DNA of 64,000 nt from a virus (taxonomy: Duplodnaviria > Caudoviricetes), in IMG/VR virus record IMGVR_UViG_3300013121_000046. One strand, given 5' to 3'. Positions 17,488 through 27,424 of the stretch are shown one piece after another; positions within the stretch are counted from its first letter, which is position 1; each line of letters opens with the position of its first letter. The notes under the pieces were generated by a model that saw only the letters and a program-made list of their open reading frames with translations, did no database searches and was not told the DNA's origin. The position numbers and the translations under genes are program-made.

Positions 17488-18189
17488 TTACTCAGATAGG
17501 ATTAAATTCCTACTCGTAAGGTCTTCCACACTAAAAATATCTTTCCAGGGTGCCCCTTCAAGTCTCAACTGCATCTCTAACAATAAAAAAGCATCCACAA
17601 TAGGGTCTATTTGGGGACAAATATTATCCTGAGCATACTTTACAGCAGAGAGTATATTTAACCCCAATATATTTCGTATCGAAAACTCTGTTTCCTCCTT
17701 AATATTAGATATTAGATTCTGGACACTCTCTCTAATCCTAGAAAAATCTGAAACCCCGTAGTTCTCTACCCCTATCTGATAGTATAGCCTACCGAGGATA
17801 AAACCGCTTACTCTAAACTCTAGTTCAGGAAAAAGTAACTCCCTAGCTACCTTAAAAATCTTAGGCAATTCAAATCGAGGATTAAAAACCCCCGTTATTC
17901 CACAATACTCACCTAACTCCCCCACAGAATTCTCCAAAAGATGCAAATAAGTGGTTACTCTCTCAAGAACCGCTTCATGGCGATAACCAAAAAGCTCTGG
18001 GGTTTCAAAAAAAGTATGCCTATAATTAAACTCCCCTAAGACTTCTTTGTGAATACTGCGATATTCCTTTGACTTAAGGGCTCGCATCCTAATAAGGTCA
18101 CTCAGCATCAGAACTATCCTAATAAAATAGATCATTACCCCAAGGATTTCCCCAAGTCTCATACTCAGCCAAAATTTTTTCGTGTTCAT
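17488..18189 (-). CDS. hypothetical protein (start uncertain)
   Basis: ORF in gene run; likely start at MLSDLIR. Confidence 0.55.
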   Translation of the reverse strand: MNTKKFWLSMRLGEILGVMIYFIRIVLMLSDLIRMRALKSKEYRSIHKEVLGEFNYRHTFFETPELFGYRHEAVLERVTTYLHLLENSVGELGEYCGITGVFNPRFELPKIFKVARELLFPELEFRVSGFILGRLYYQIGVENYGVSDFSRIRESVQNLISNIKEETEFSIRNILGLNILSAVKYAQDNICPQIDPIVDAFLLLEMQLRLEGAPWKDIFSVEDLTSRNLILSE

Positions 18190-18463
18190 CTATCAGAACA
18201 CGCAGTCCTGCCACGGATACTCCCCCTAAATTCAGCCGTTTAACATTTCCCTCTAGTATCTTCATAGAGTCCTCAGCCAACCCCATGTTAAGTTTGCGCT
18301 CACCCTCTACTAAAAACAACCAGTCTACAAAGATTTCCTCCCAAGTCATTGACTCGGATTGAGGTAAATTAAGGTATTTTTCTCTATTGGACAAAACGTA
18401 CTTAAAAAATTCAAGCAATCTCTGGCTATGTAATTTCCTTTCCGCTGTAGTCATTTCCTTCAT
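18119..18463 (-). CDS. hypothetical protein
   Basis: 114-aa ORF. Confidence 0.6.
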   Translation of the reverse strand: MKEMTTAERKLHSQRLLEFFKYVLSNREKYLNLPQSESMTWEEIFVDWLFLVEGERKLNMGLAEDSMKILEGNVKRLNLGGVSVAGLRVLIDEHEKILAEYETWGNPWGNDLFY

Positions 18464-19037
18464 TTTTCTTAAAAACTCCCACTTTACTTCCCAACCTGCC
18501 CACTAAAAAAACATCCCCTCTCAGGGATATACCCTGAAAAACAGGCTCTCTCTGTTCATCCGGGTTAGGCCAATCTATAATCAAAATCCCACCCGGAGCC
18601 AGCAGACCCACCAAACCCTCTACAGCTAATGTATGAATTGCTTTTCGAGGTTGGGGTCTCTTTGGAATTCCAGTGGCGTGCTTCCAAGCCCAATCATTGT
18701 GTATCCAACCGAGAGCAGTAACAATACCGTAGTTTTCATCACAGTCAATTACATACTCCAAAAGGTCTGAGCATATAAAATTATCTAATTGAGTACGTTG
18801 TCGAGCCAACTCAATATGTCCCGGCTCAATATCCAAACCCCATAATTTTTCTCGCGGATATCCCGCCTGAGATAGTCTTAACAATAATTCCCCATTACCA
18901 CAGCCAGTATCCAATAGCCGGGGAAAGCCCCTCTTTGCAGAAGTCACCTCACCTAAAATATATTCTGACGCTAGGACTACCTCTTGCCTGAGATAGCCTG
19001 AGTCTGAGTATATTTGATTCACTGGAAAATCAGACAT
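18426..19037 (-). CDS. class I SAM-dependent methyltransferase
   Basis: LLDTGCGNG motif I, WGLDIE, LLAPGGILIID. Confidence 0.85.
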   Translation of the reverse strand: MSDFPVNQIYSDSGYLRQEVVLASEYILGEVTSAKRGFPRLLDTGCGNGELLLRLSQAGYPREKLWGLDIEPGHIELARQRTQLDNFICSDLLEYVIDCDENYGIVTALGWIHNDWAWKHATGIPKRPQPRKAIHTLAVEGLVGLLAPGGILIIDWPNPDEQREPVFQGISLRGDVFLVGRLGSKVGVFKKNEGNDYSGKEIT

Positions 19038-19039
19038 AC

Positions 19040-20896
19040 TTACTCTGTACTAGGAGGCACAGAATCAAATCGAACTGTCCATGTATCCCCAGCCTTAGGG
19101 GGAAGGGTAATCTCAAAGGTAACCTTAATCCGAGGGTCTTCTGTAGGCACCGTAGGCGGAGGTGACGGAATAGGAGGGGGAGAGACAATAGGCGGAGGTG
19201 ACGGAATAGGAGGAGGAGAGACAATAGGCGGAGGTGACGGAATAGGCGGAGGAGAGACAATCGGCGGAGGTGACGGAATAGGAGGTGGGGGTGACACAAT
19301 CGGAGGGGTCGTAGTGAAAGCCGCCGAAACCGTCACATCCCCATTAGGCACAGTTAAACTTAGGTAGTTCCCGTAAACGTTCTGCTCCCCCTCTGGAACC
19401 CCGGAGACTTGCCAACTCTGTAGATAGTAGCCGGCTTGCGGAACCGCCTTAAACACAGCTAAAGAGCCTACCGTAAATTTAGCCGTCGGAGGCCAAAGAA
19501 CTTCAAAGGGACCCGAACGAGTTTGGTTATTCACATCCCAACCAGGAACCAAACCACTATGGTCACAAGCAATTGCCCCCTGAGAAACTGTTGGTTGTGT
19601 AACATTTATAGTAACACGAGGAACAATATTCTCCTTTATCAAGAGATTAGACATTTTAACAAAGTTAGCCGCTTCACTCGTAGCTTCTGGTAAAAAAAAC
19701 TCCCCAGGATACTCATAAGGACCCCGCAACCCTAACCCCCCGGTAAAGGTAGAGACTTCCTGCACTGTGCGAATCGTAGTTGTATCCCTAGGGAAAGCCC
19801 CCGCCTTCTCCAAGACAGCACTATAAGCCTCAGCAACGGACAACTCCGGGGTGATCGGTACCGAAGACATAGGATACGGGGTTGGAGTGGTCACTAAGGT
19901 TCTGTTAGACCTAGTGAAACCCAACGCTAAGATAGCAGCCCTGTCTTCTCCCGGCGATGGCGGTTGAACTACATTTATACCAGTACTTGGTTCAAATACA
20001 GTTGGCGGCACATAATAAGCGTTGTTCTCAAAATAAGTTGGAACAGCCGGTAGAGCATACCAAATAGTAAAACCCTGTCTAGGATCCTTTGAGGGACCTG
20101 ATTTCCAAGTATTCAATGAGCAATTAAACTTCTCTGTGATCGGGGCTGATCCCCAGTACTGAGCACAATTATAAAGCACATTCCCTACCATCTCCACAGC
20201 TTTACAAGTGCCAAACTCAGGAAAACGCTTAATGTGATTCGCGATCAAATTGTGGTGAAACGAGAAAGACCCATTGGGACAGTACGCAATTAGTGCTCCG
20301 TAGTTATGGTCACCCTCATTATGCTGGGCTCCCCCCTGTCCATATTTAGCTGACTCCTCGACTGTACACCACTGAATGGTCCCATTATCACTATAACCGC
20401 CTACATCAAAACTCTCATCAACACTGCCTGTAAAACTACAATGGTCCACGATAAAACGATCAACACCGTAAATAACTAGCAGATCACCGTTCGTAGCATC
20501 TGATCCGAAAGTAGGAGATATGGTATGTAAACCTCGAAACTTCAGGTTTCTGACCACAATATCCGTAACCGGAATTCGAGTTGATAAGTTTGAATCATAC
20601 TCTGCAACCCACAGTGAACCGCAGATTGTGATCGCACCTGGACTAGTGTGACCTATAATACTGGTCCCACTCGCTTTCGCTCTCGGTACTCGGATAGGTG
20701 CCCTGAGCGCGATAGTACCAGAAACATCAAAATATATCTGCTTAGGACCCGCCTGATTCAAAGCCCACCGCAACTGTCCTGGCACCAAAGCGGTCGGAGA
20801 ACTATCGTTCCCATCCCCAAGAGAGGTGACCCGAATAATCGGACCCCCAACAACCGCCGTAGCACCAAAACCTTCAGCACCGGGGAAAGCTGGCAT
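19040..20896 (-). CDS. pectate-lyase-like (PL1-type beta-helix) enzyme with small beta domain and polyproline stalk
   Basis: PAFPGAEGFG, VTSLGD, GQLRWAL, FDVSGTI, DHCSF..SVDE, SFHHNLIANH..RFP; then FKAVPQAGYYLQSW..DVTVSAAF (InlB B-repeat-like) and (PPPIPSPPPIVS)n. Confidence 0.85.
   Translation of the reverse strand: MPAFPGAEGFGATAVVGGPIIRVTSLGDGNDSSPTALVPGQLRWALNQAGPKQIYFDVSGTIALRAPIRVPRAKASGTSIIGHTSPGAITICGSLWVAEYDSNLSTRIPVTDIVVRNLKFRGLHTISPTFGSDATNGDLLVIYGVDRFIVDHCSFTGSVDESFDVGGYSDNGTIQWCTVEESAKYGQGGAQHNEGDHNYGALIAYCPNGSFSFHHNLIANHIKRFPEFGTCKAVEMVGNVLYNCAQYWGSAPITEKFNCSLNTWKSGPSKDPRQGFTIWYALPAVPTYFENNAYYVPPTVFEPSTGINVVQPPSPGEDRAAILALGFTRSNRTLVTTPTPYPMSSVPITPELSVAEAYSAVLEKAGAFPRDTTTIRTVQEVSTFTGGLGLRGPYEYPGEFFLPEATSEAANFVKMSNLLIKENIVPRVTINVTQPTVSQGAIACDHSGLVPGWDVNNQTRSGPFEVLWPPTAKFTVGSLAVFKAVPQAGYYLQSWQVSGVPEGEQNVYGNYLSLTVPNGDVTVSAAFTTTPPIVSPPPPIPSPPPIVSPPPIPSPPPIVSPPPIPSPPPIVSPPPIPSPPPTVPTEDPRIKVTFEITLPPKAGDTWTVRFDSVPPSTE
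19155..19301. repeat. 4 x ~36-bp coding tandem repeat (SPPPIPSPPPIV)
   Basis: GGCGGAGGTGACGGAATAGGAGGGGGAGAGACAATA units with no spacers. Confidence 0.9.
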
Positions 20897-20994
20897 CTTT
20901 TCACCTGTTTTTTAGACTTATATCATACATAAAATTAGTTTCAGCAAACTCTATATCCGTAGTCAATCAAATCAGCCCCACCTATAGCACTCAG

Positions 20995-21630
20995 TTAGAA
21001 ATAGTGCTCAAATCGCTCAAATGACCCGCACCAAGGGGCCAATAAAATATTCTCCTTAGGATCCCAGTATGGAGTTCTCGTTGTCGCATCCCGGTAACAA
21101 ACAACTAACTTATCTTTAGCCTCAACCTCAATCTCCAATTGGATATCCGCCTCTAAAGAATCAGAGAAACAAAAGATATCCGCCTCCTCAACTCCAAGTA
21201 CCGCCTTATGCACTAACTTGTGCATGGGATGCCCAGTCTCCCCCAAGGGGCCGTGGGTCAGGATGACAGAATCCTTACCAATTTCTTGAGACAACTCAAA
21301 AATCAAAGAATCCAAAGCCTCTGAATACCGGGAGCTAGTCTCAGCAACCTCGTCCCTAAAGTTATTCTGATTTAGAGTCTTAGTCGTAAAGCTAGCCCTT
21401 CCCCCTAGAAGCTCTACCACACTCTCTTGGGCTCGTTTACGATTTTCTATTCGCCTTTTTTCGGCTTCACCATCATCCGTGATGGGATTCTCATCGTCAT
21501 ACCGCACACAATAAAGGCACTTAGTAGGCAGGGATTTGAGATACCTAGCATAGAGCAAACCCCCAGCAAAAATAACCTCATCATCGTGGTGAGCCACCAC
21601 TAAAGTGAGGTTAGGAATATCAGTTAACAT
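20995..21630 (-). CDS. PIG-L/LmbE family deacetylase-like protein
   Basis: VVAHHDDEVIFAGG and ILTHGPLGETGHPMH motifs. Confidence 0.82.
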   Translation of the reverse strand: MLTDIPNLTLVVAHHDDEVIFAGGLLYARYLKSLPTKCLYCVRYDDENPITDDGEAEKRRIENRKRAQESVVELLGGRASFTTKTLNQNNFRDEVAETSSRYSEALDSLIFELSQEIGKDSVILTHGPLGETGHPMHKLVHKAVLGVEEADIFCFSDSLEADIQLEIEVEAKDKLVVCYRDATTRTPYWDPKENILLAPWCGSFERFEHYF

Positions 21631-21661
21631 TAGATAGTCTCTTAAAGAGGCCTCAGATTTC

Positions 21662-21991
21662 TTACCGCTTCCCCCGCCTTCGCCTTTTCCTTACCTTAAA
21701 TCCATTTTTAGGTAAAGGCTTACCCCGTGTATCTTCCTCCCAAAACTCTTCCCTGGCAAAACCTTCTCGTAATAACTCAGACCATTGTCCCGAATTTAAT
21801 ACAATGTAGCTACGGTCCCTTAGAGAATCTCTAAAAAGAACCCTACCTTCCTCTTCAACAAAGACCGCCGACAAGTCAATATGACTCTCTCCCTTTGGAT
21901 CAACAATCTCCCTGGAACACCAGTCATTTATCCCAGTCGCAAAACACCCCCAAATTCCACAGGGGGCATTAGTGAAGTAAGTAATTTCCAA
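21662..21991 (-). CDS. hypothetical protein
   Basis: 109-aa ORF with AGGAG SD and basic tail. Confidence 0.55.
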   Translation of the reverse strand: MEITYFTNAPCGIWGCFATGINDWCSREIVDPKGESHIDLSAVFVEEEGRVLFRDSLRDRSYIVLNSGQWSELLREGFAREEFWEEDTRGKPLPKNGFKVRKRRRRGKR

Positions 21992-22057
21992 GGGGGACTC
22001 CTCCCATAGAGTTTACGGTCTCCCCACTATACGCAGCCTTAGTTCTTCCCCCGAATT

Positions 22058-23431
22058 TTAGAGATACTTACCTACAGATAATTGATTTCCTCTTGCCCAT
22101 CGGTTGAGATGCTGAATCTGTTGTACAGAAAGTGGTTCATTAGCAAAACCCCTCGCTTGAACCACTATTCTATATTCAAGATGAACCTCGATGGTAGCCA
22201 AAGATTTTCCCACACTGTTATCTGCCCTAACTTCCCGCATTGAGAATATCGCTGACCTACCTTTTGAGCAAGAGTGGGCAAAAGAATAAACACAATGGTG
22301 TAATCTCTTCCCTTCATCCTGCAAATCCAGGGATGAGGTTAACTCAAAGATACCTATTCGATCTCCCTTATCGGCGGACTCATAATCTGATAAACTCGAC
22401 TTAGGCCAGACTACGCACGTATTCTCTCTGCCTGTCTCTCGGTATCCCCTCAATAACTCTCTGTGCCACCTCTCTGCCTCTCTGAGAACTGTCTGAGCGG
22501 TTCTGCCCTTCATACTCAGCCCAGGTTGTGGTGGCGGCTGACGAAAACCTCCCACCAACCGAGGCTCAAACTTCTGATTCCACAGCCAATCTAAGATAAC
22601 TATATATTGAGCCGTATCCAGCCAGGGATTTGCAAGAAAAAATCGAATAACTGAGACACAGAAAGCCTCGGTTTGTTCATCCGCAAAGATTAAACCTATA
22701 CGAGTATACTTAATCGAATCTACGAATTGAGAACTTCCCCCCAAAGCCTTAACCCGAGCCCACCGTAATGCTAGGTCTGGTGCATACTCCTTAGGTGCTG
22801 TAAGAAATAGATGCGCTTCTTTCTTACTAATATTCGGAACTTGCGGAGCAGTCCGAATATTACCACCTTGAGCTACATGAAAAAACCAACCCAAATGATC
22901 TTTCCTGGCAGCATACTCCTGCCGATTCCAGGTTTGCCAAGGATAGAATAAGCAATGCGGTGTCTCGTACTTAGCGAATAAATGCCAGACTAATTCCTTC
23001 GCTATCTTCTTAATGTTATGGCTTTTTTTCTTAAAATCTACTATCTCTCGAACCCGTCTCTGCCAATGTGCGGCAACTAAAAGCAGGAAGTCTTGACCTA
23101 GACATCTCTTGGCCTCCAAGAAAAGCCCCATCACCTCTAATCGCTCTATCAAGGATAGAACATCCTGAGCGAAGATATTGTCACCCTTTGGAAGATTTCC
23201 CCTAACCCTCTCTAACTCCATTAAAAGAGATTTCTTTTCCCAAGTGTCTGCCTCACCTGTAGTTAGGACCTCTTTCCAGATGTTGAATACATCTTTTTTT
23301 GAGGCATTACCCTTTAATAGGGGAACCAGGGCTTTTGCCTGAATCTGATCCAATAATCGGGCTCGCTTACGCGATGCTCTCTCTGATGCAATTTTTCCTT
23401 TGCTGGTACTAGCCATCCTACCACACCCCAA
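22058..23431 (-). CDS. PcfJ-domain protein
   Basis: RWHREL, LQDEGKRLHHCVYSF, AIFSMR, LATIEV, VQARGFAN. Confidence 0.85.
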   Translation of the reverse strand: MGCGRMASTSKGKIASERASRKRARLLDQIQAKALVPLLKGNASKKDVFNIWKEVLTTGEADTWEKKSLLMELERVRGNLPKGDNIFAQDVLSLIERLEVMGLFLEAKRCLGQDFLLLVAAHWQRRVREIVDFKKKSHNIKKIAKELVWHLFAKYETPHCLFYPWQTWNRQEYAARKDHLGWFFHVAQGGNIRTAPQVPNISKKEAHLFLTAPKEYAPDLALRWARVKALGGSSQFVDSIKYTRIGLIFADEQTEAFCVSVIRFFLANPWLDTAQYIVILDWLWNQKFEPRLVGGFRQPPPQPGLSMKGRTAQTVLREAERWHRELLRGYRETGRENTCVVWPKSSLSDYESADKGDRIGIFELTSSLDLQDEGKRLHHCVYSFAHSCSKGRSAIFSMREVRADNSVGKSLATIEVHLEYRIVVQARGFANEPLSVQQIQHLNRWARGNQLSVGKYL

Positions 23432-23521
23432 ACCCTATTCCCCAGATACCCCTTCTACCAGACTACCCGCCGCACTAGAAGAAACCCCAACCCCCCGCAA
23501 CCAAAATACATACCTTGTCTT

Positions 23522-23794
23522 TCACTCAATGCGACTCAACATCGGGTCCGTTGCCCAATAGGTAGCACTACAGTGTGTACACCTTACCGTATCCGGGCGT
23601 GTTACCCATTGACCTATCGAACCTAACCCTTGAACATCCAACTTAGTTGTTACTGCCCTGACAAAATTCTCTCTACCACAAGACTCACAATCCCATACAA
23701 AAGCGTTATGTAGCTCAACAACAGGTCCAGGTAGCATTCCATTAGTCCCCGTATTCTTGAGAATACTCACCTCCATGCAAAAACCCTCCAACAA
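23522..23794 (-). CDS. small zinc-ribbon protein
   Basis: WDCESCG...VRCTHC. Confidence 0.6.
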   Translation of the reverse strand: MLEGFCMEVSILKNTGTNGMLPGPVVELHNAFVWDCESCGRENFVRAVTTKLDVQGLGSIGQWVTRPDTVRCTHCSATYWATDPMLSRIE

Positions 23795-23842
23795 TATCAG
23801 CTACTTTTACCTCCTATGGGCTACCCTTGTCAATACCAAAAA

Positions 23843-24436
23843 TCAAGTCTGAGTCTCAAAAAGTAACTCCCCAGTTTTCTCTAGACATACCCCAGAAACT
23901 CTGGATATTACCTGCTGCCCTAGCTCCAAACGGCTCCGATTGATCTCATGCGTAGAAAACTTTAAGGGCTGACTCGGATCAAATCCCCGAGGTGATATCT
24001 TTGCTCCCTTAATCCGATTACATTTAATACATGAGAGTCTTAAATTTTCTGGTGAGTGTGTCCCACCCAAACTGGTTGGAATTAAGTGATCCACTGTGGT
24101 TTTCTCCCAGGCTAACTGAATACCACAAAGATAACACCGTGGGTTAGACGCCCACAACCTTAGTCGCTCTTTCCGAAGGTACTTGTAGTAGGTTTTACGA
24201 CCCGAAACAGTCAGTATTAAATGGCTTCTCCTACACTGGAAGATTGCTTTAACAACCTCTGGATTAAAGGGGTACTCCCAACTAGTCATAGGGAACACGA
24301 ACACTACCTTATTTACCCCTTTGCGAAAGACTTTAATCCGATGCCTACCATCCGTAATCCCCCACTTTACCTCACTAATATACACCGGGATTAAACCAAC
24401 AGCCTCCACCTTTCTCTTAAAAGTGATATACTTCAT
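23843..24436 (-). CDS. HNH endonuclease
   Basis: CYLCG...TVDHLIP..GG...NLRLSCIKCNRIKG. Confidence 0.88.
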   Translation of the reverse strand: MKYITFKRKVEAVGLIPVYISEVKWGITDGRHRIKVFRKGVNKVVFVFPMTSWEYPFNPEVVKAIFQCRRSHLILTVSGRKTYYKYLRKERLRLWASNPRCYLCGIQLAWEKTTVDHLIPTSLGGTHSPENLRLSCIKCNRIKGAKISPRGFDPSQPLKFSTHEINRSRLELGQQVISRVSGVCLEKTGELLFETQT

Positions 24437-24655
24437 CGTCGATCCTCCCGATGACCTTTTAACCTCCCAAGAGATACAAAAAAAGCTAGGTACTTTCGCC
24501 CTAGCTTTTCATCTCCAGGGATGCTTCCTGGGCTCCTATTTCACCGAATTTTTCCTACCTATGAAGACTTTCCGCTAGGTATACCCCCATACTCTCGGGA
24601 CACATCTGATGAAATTTTCCACACCATACGTCTAAATCACGAGACCCCGAGTAGG

Positions 24656-25048
24656 CTAAGATTTGGAACCAAACGAGGGAACTGGCTTTCTAACCAGTTT
24701 CGATTCTACAGAGGCTTTACTGCTATACTCCTCTACAGGAGCCTTACTGCTGCTTTCCAGCCCTCGGGGGATACCTAGCTTCAATATCTCTGAGACTTTA
24801 TTCCACACATACAGGAAGAAAAGCAGGTTAGTGTTTACCACCAGTATCAGGATCGCAATAAAATCATGCCATCCCACCAACCTCGGGTCTCTCGACCAGT
24901 AAAAAAGATAGGTGTAGGTACAAATTTGAGACAAACCCCCATAACTCAAACACCAGATTCTGAGCAGGAGGTTTAGTGCTCGCAATCGAGATACCAGATC
25001 CATATCTAGAACCTGTCCTTCACCGAACCAATGTTCAACTCCGAACAT
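24656..25048 (-). CDS. putative membrane protein
   Basis: Two hydrophobic segments. Confidence 0.45.
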   Translation of the reverse strand: MFGVEHWFGEGQVLDMDLVSRLRALNLLLRIWCLSYGGLSQICTYTYLFYWSRDPRLVGWHDFIAILILVVNTNLLFFLYVWNKVSEILKLGIPRGLESSSKAPVEEYSSKASVESKLVRKPVPSFGSKS

Positions 25049-25066
25049 TCCTGGAATGCCCGATAA

Positions 25067-25525
25067 TCACTTCCGTTTAGCCACAGAAGTCGAAGTAGCG
25101 ACCGAGGTCGCCGTCTTCGACGAATCCTTCTGCGGCAGCGGCGCTTCAATCCACCCCATAATTGCCTCAACGCATCGGCAAAGGTACTCCACCTCCTTAA
25201 CCAACTCGGTCAACCGACGAGACGCCTGACCCGACCCACCACTTCGCGACCGACGAGACGAACCGCTAGGCCGAGTTTTGCTCGTGAGTCCCAACTCCCG
25301 AGCCAAGGCCCGAAAAGTGCTGGAAGACACATCAAAACCTACATCCTTGCTGACCTGAGCCGCAAAAGTCTTCAGGCTTCGATTGCCCCATTCACGAATC
25401 ACCATCTCCTTATTGGCCCGAACCCAATCATTCACGGCGATCACCTCAGAAATCGACAAGCTTCGAGGAGTTTTCCGAGGGCTACTCTTCTTAGTCACAA
25501 CCACAAAACATCTCCTTAAAAACAA
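25067..25525 (-). CDS. basic hypothetical protein, possibly DNA-binding
   Basis: Ser/Arg-rich ORF with HTH-like core. Confidence 0.55.
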   Translation of the reverse strand: MFLRRCFVVVTKKSSPRKTPRSLSISEVIAVNDWVRANKEMVIREWGNRSLKTFAAQVSKDVGFDVSSSTFRALARELGLTSKTRPSGSSRRSRSGGSGQASRRLTELVKEVEYLCRCVEAIMGWIEAPLPQKDSSKTATSVATSTSVAKRK

Positions 25526-25549
25526 CGAAAAAATCAGAATCCAAGGGGG

Positions 25550-25774
25550 TTAACGACACCCAGAAGTACAATCGTCCTCTTCATCCGAAGACTGTGTATT
25601 CGCAATCAAAACCTGCAAAGCATGATCGTAATCCCCACTTCGGCAGTCCTTCAACACAGTATCAATTTCATTAGGCGTCCAACCTTCCTTCTTGGCCTGC
25701 CTCTGAAAGGCACCCATAAGAAAGAAGATGTTACCGTCTAGACCGCACAAATCCAGGTTTACCTTTTTGGGCAT
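25550..25774 (-). CDS. conserved phage hypothetical protein
   Basis: GLDGNIFFLMG...SGDYDHAL motif, recurrent in small phage proteins. Confidence 0.7.
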   Translation of the reverse strand: MPKKVNLDLCGLDGNIFFLMGAFQRQAKKEGWTPNEIDTVLKDCRSGDYDHALQVLIANTQSSDEEDDCTSGCR

Positions 25775-25852
25775 ACCTTTTTCCTTTTGTCACCCAGCCC
25801 TAACCAAGTATACCCTAAAATATGTCTTTGGGTACTAGATTTTTCGGATTTC

Positions 25853-26038
25853 TTAGAGAAGTTTGGCCTCTTCGTAGTCCTCCCGACGAATACTGGCTTT
25901 GGCCAAACGACGTTCCTTTTTGTGAGTCAAATTTTTAGTGCTGCGACCGGGAAGTTCCCAACCACCGAGGCGGGACTTCCAGTACTCATACCCAGGGCCT
26001 TTAGACCCTTTAACAGTTTTTCCCATAAAACACCCCAC
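25853..26038 (-). CDS. small basic phage protein
   Basis: KGSKGPGYEYW...THKKERR. Confidence 0.55.
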   Translation of the reverse strand: MGCFMGKTVKGSKGPGYEYWKSRLGGWELPGRSTKNLTHKKERRLAKASIRREDYEEAKLL

Positions 26039-26068
26039 AAAAGAATAAGACGCTTCAAATCACTAAGG

Positions 26069-26151
26069 CGGAAGCGGAGGGACTCGAACCCTCAACCGGT
26101 TACCCGGCCCCAGTTTTCAAGACTGGTCCCTAGCCAATTCGGGTCGCTTCC
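26069..26151 (-). tRNA. tRNA-Ser (UGA)
   Basis: GGAAGCG acceptor, CCAGT-CTTGAAA-ACTGG anticodon arm, long variable arm, GGTTCGAGTCC. Confidence 0.88.
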
Positions 26152-26509
26152 GTGAGTGAGCCTGAATTTTTTTACTTCGGCAAGAGGTACACTGGGTCGA
26201 TTTTCCTCGAAGGATATTCCTTCGATCTACGAACAGTACCTTGCCACACTGGCACCGCACCTCCCAAAGATTGGGGTTGTTCGGGGCGGGCCCCAGTACA
26301 ATCCAATCGCCAAACTGTTTTCCCCAGTATTCAGTATCTAAGGCAAGCCGTCGAGGAATCTCCCCAATGGCCACCTGAAATGCCATGTTTTTCGATAGCC
26401 CCCGTCGAATCAATCGCAGAATCTTCTGCTTAAAAGCTAGGGGATATTTACCCTGTTCCTTAGCCCATTCCTCCACAGTTTTTCCTCTCCAGGACCAACC
26501 ATCCCCCAT
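26117..26509 (-). CDS. zinc-ribbon protein resembling the N-terminal module of phage homing endonucleases
   Basis: FGDWIVLG...WEVRCQCGK...NILRGKSTQCTSC; 3' end overlaps tRNA-Ser. Confidence 0.55.
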   Translation of the reverse strand: MGDGWSWRGKTVEEWAKEQGKYPLAFKQKILRLIRRGLSKNMAFQVAIGEIPRRLALDTEYWGKQFGDWIVLGPAPNNPNLWEVRCQCGKVLFVDRRNILRGKSTQCTSCRSKKIQAHSRKRPELARDQS

Positions 26510-26512
26510 ATT

Positions 26513-26782
26513 TTACCCTTTCTCATCCATCGAAGACACCTGAATAATTTCCTTAATACTGTCTTTAGGCAGAATGCCTAAACTCCGACAGTTACTACGA
26601 AGTTCTTCCTCTTGTGCCTTTCGCTCAGCCTCAATCTCAAAATCATACATATAATCTTCAGAAGAAATCCCCTCAAGATCAACAAAATCAGCCCAAGCTG
26701 ACTGTTCCTTCTGTTTAGGCAGACTCTCTTCCTGATAGACTGCCCAAGCAGCATAAAAAATGGGGCAAGAAACGCAGAGCAT
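26513..26782 (-). CDS. hypothetical protein
   Basis: Acidic 89-aa ORF overlapping an alternative ORF (26578..27042). Confidence 0.4.
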   Translation of the reverse strand: MLCVSCPIFYAAWAVYQEESLPKQKEQSAWADFVDLEGISSEDYMYDFEIEAERKAQEEELRSNCRSLGILPKDSIKEIIQVSSMDEKG

Positions 26783-27093
26783 CGCTCTACTAATTCAGCC
26801 CTGGGAATATCCTCCACCCAATTCCATTTCGTCTCAAAACGTAGATGGAGAGTCGCTGCATTTTGACCCGAGGTCATCGGATCAACCAAAATTCCCTTCA
26901 ACTGTCCCACCGGCTGGTCTGAGGCCATGAAGATATCCAAAGCTGCCCAACAGGAGGAAAAAATGCTCAAGCACTCTCCACGAAGTTCACCCAAAAAAAC
27001 CTTCGGGTTAAGCTGGTACACAGCTATTTCCCCTTGATGCAAAAATCAGAGAAACCTCTGCCTGTAGATATATACCTCAAAATATCGGCAGAG

Positions 27094-27420
27094 TTAAAAT
27101 TTTTTCCAAAAACCGGTGGAAAGCCACAAACCAACTGAAAAAAACCAGCCTAGACTCAAGAAAAACAAAATTGTAGCCCATTGTTTCCAGGACTGCCAAT
27201 CAAATTTATCATCGTACACTAACTCAGCCAAATAACCCAACATAGTAGCGATACAAAAGATCAGTGCTGGTAACGCTACCGCAGACACTATCTCCTTATT
27301 GTCCACCGCCCACCTAGATACCTCCGTCCAATACCCAGGTTTAATTTTTTCTATGGAGTCCCCCTCCCCCAAAGCGAGAGTACACACTAAGATAGTGACT
27401 GGTATCATAACCCCCTCCAT
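27094..27420 (-). CDS. putative membrane protein
   Basis: Three hydrophobic segments. Confidence 0.6.
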   Translation of the reverse strand: MEGVMIPVTILVCTLALGEGDSIEKIKPGYWTEVSRWAVDNKEIVSAVALPALIFCIATMLGYLAELVYDDKFDWQSWKQWATILFFLSLGWFFSVGLWLSTGFWKKF

Positions 27421-27424
27421 AGGG

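Noticed and set aside
17240-17632. Plus-strand ORFs over tRNAs (also 25787..26155)
   Set aside because: Antisense to tRNA genes and against the uniform minus-strand polarity
19155-19301. 36-bp repeats as a CRISPR array
   Set aside because: Units are contiguous with no unique spacers, in frame, and encode a Pro-rich linker; no cas genes
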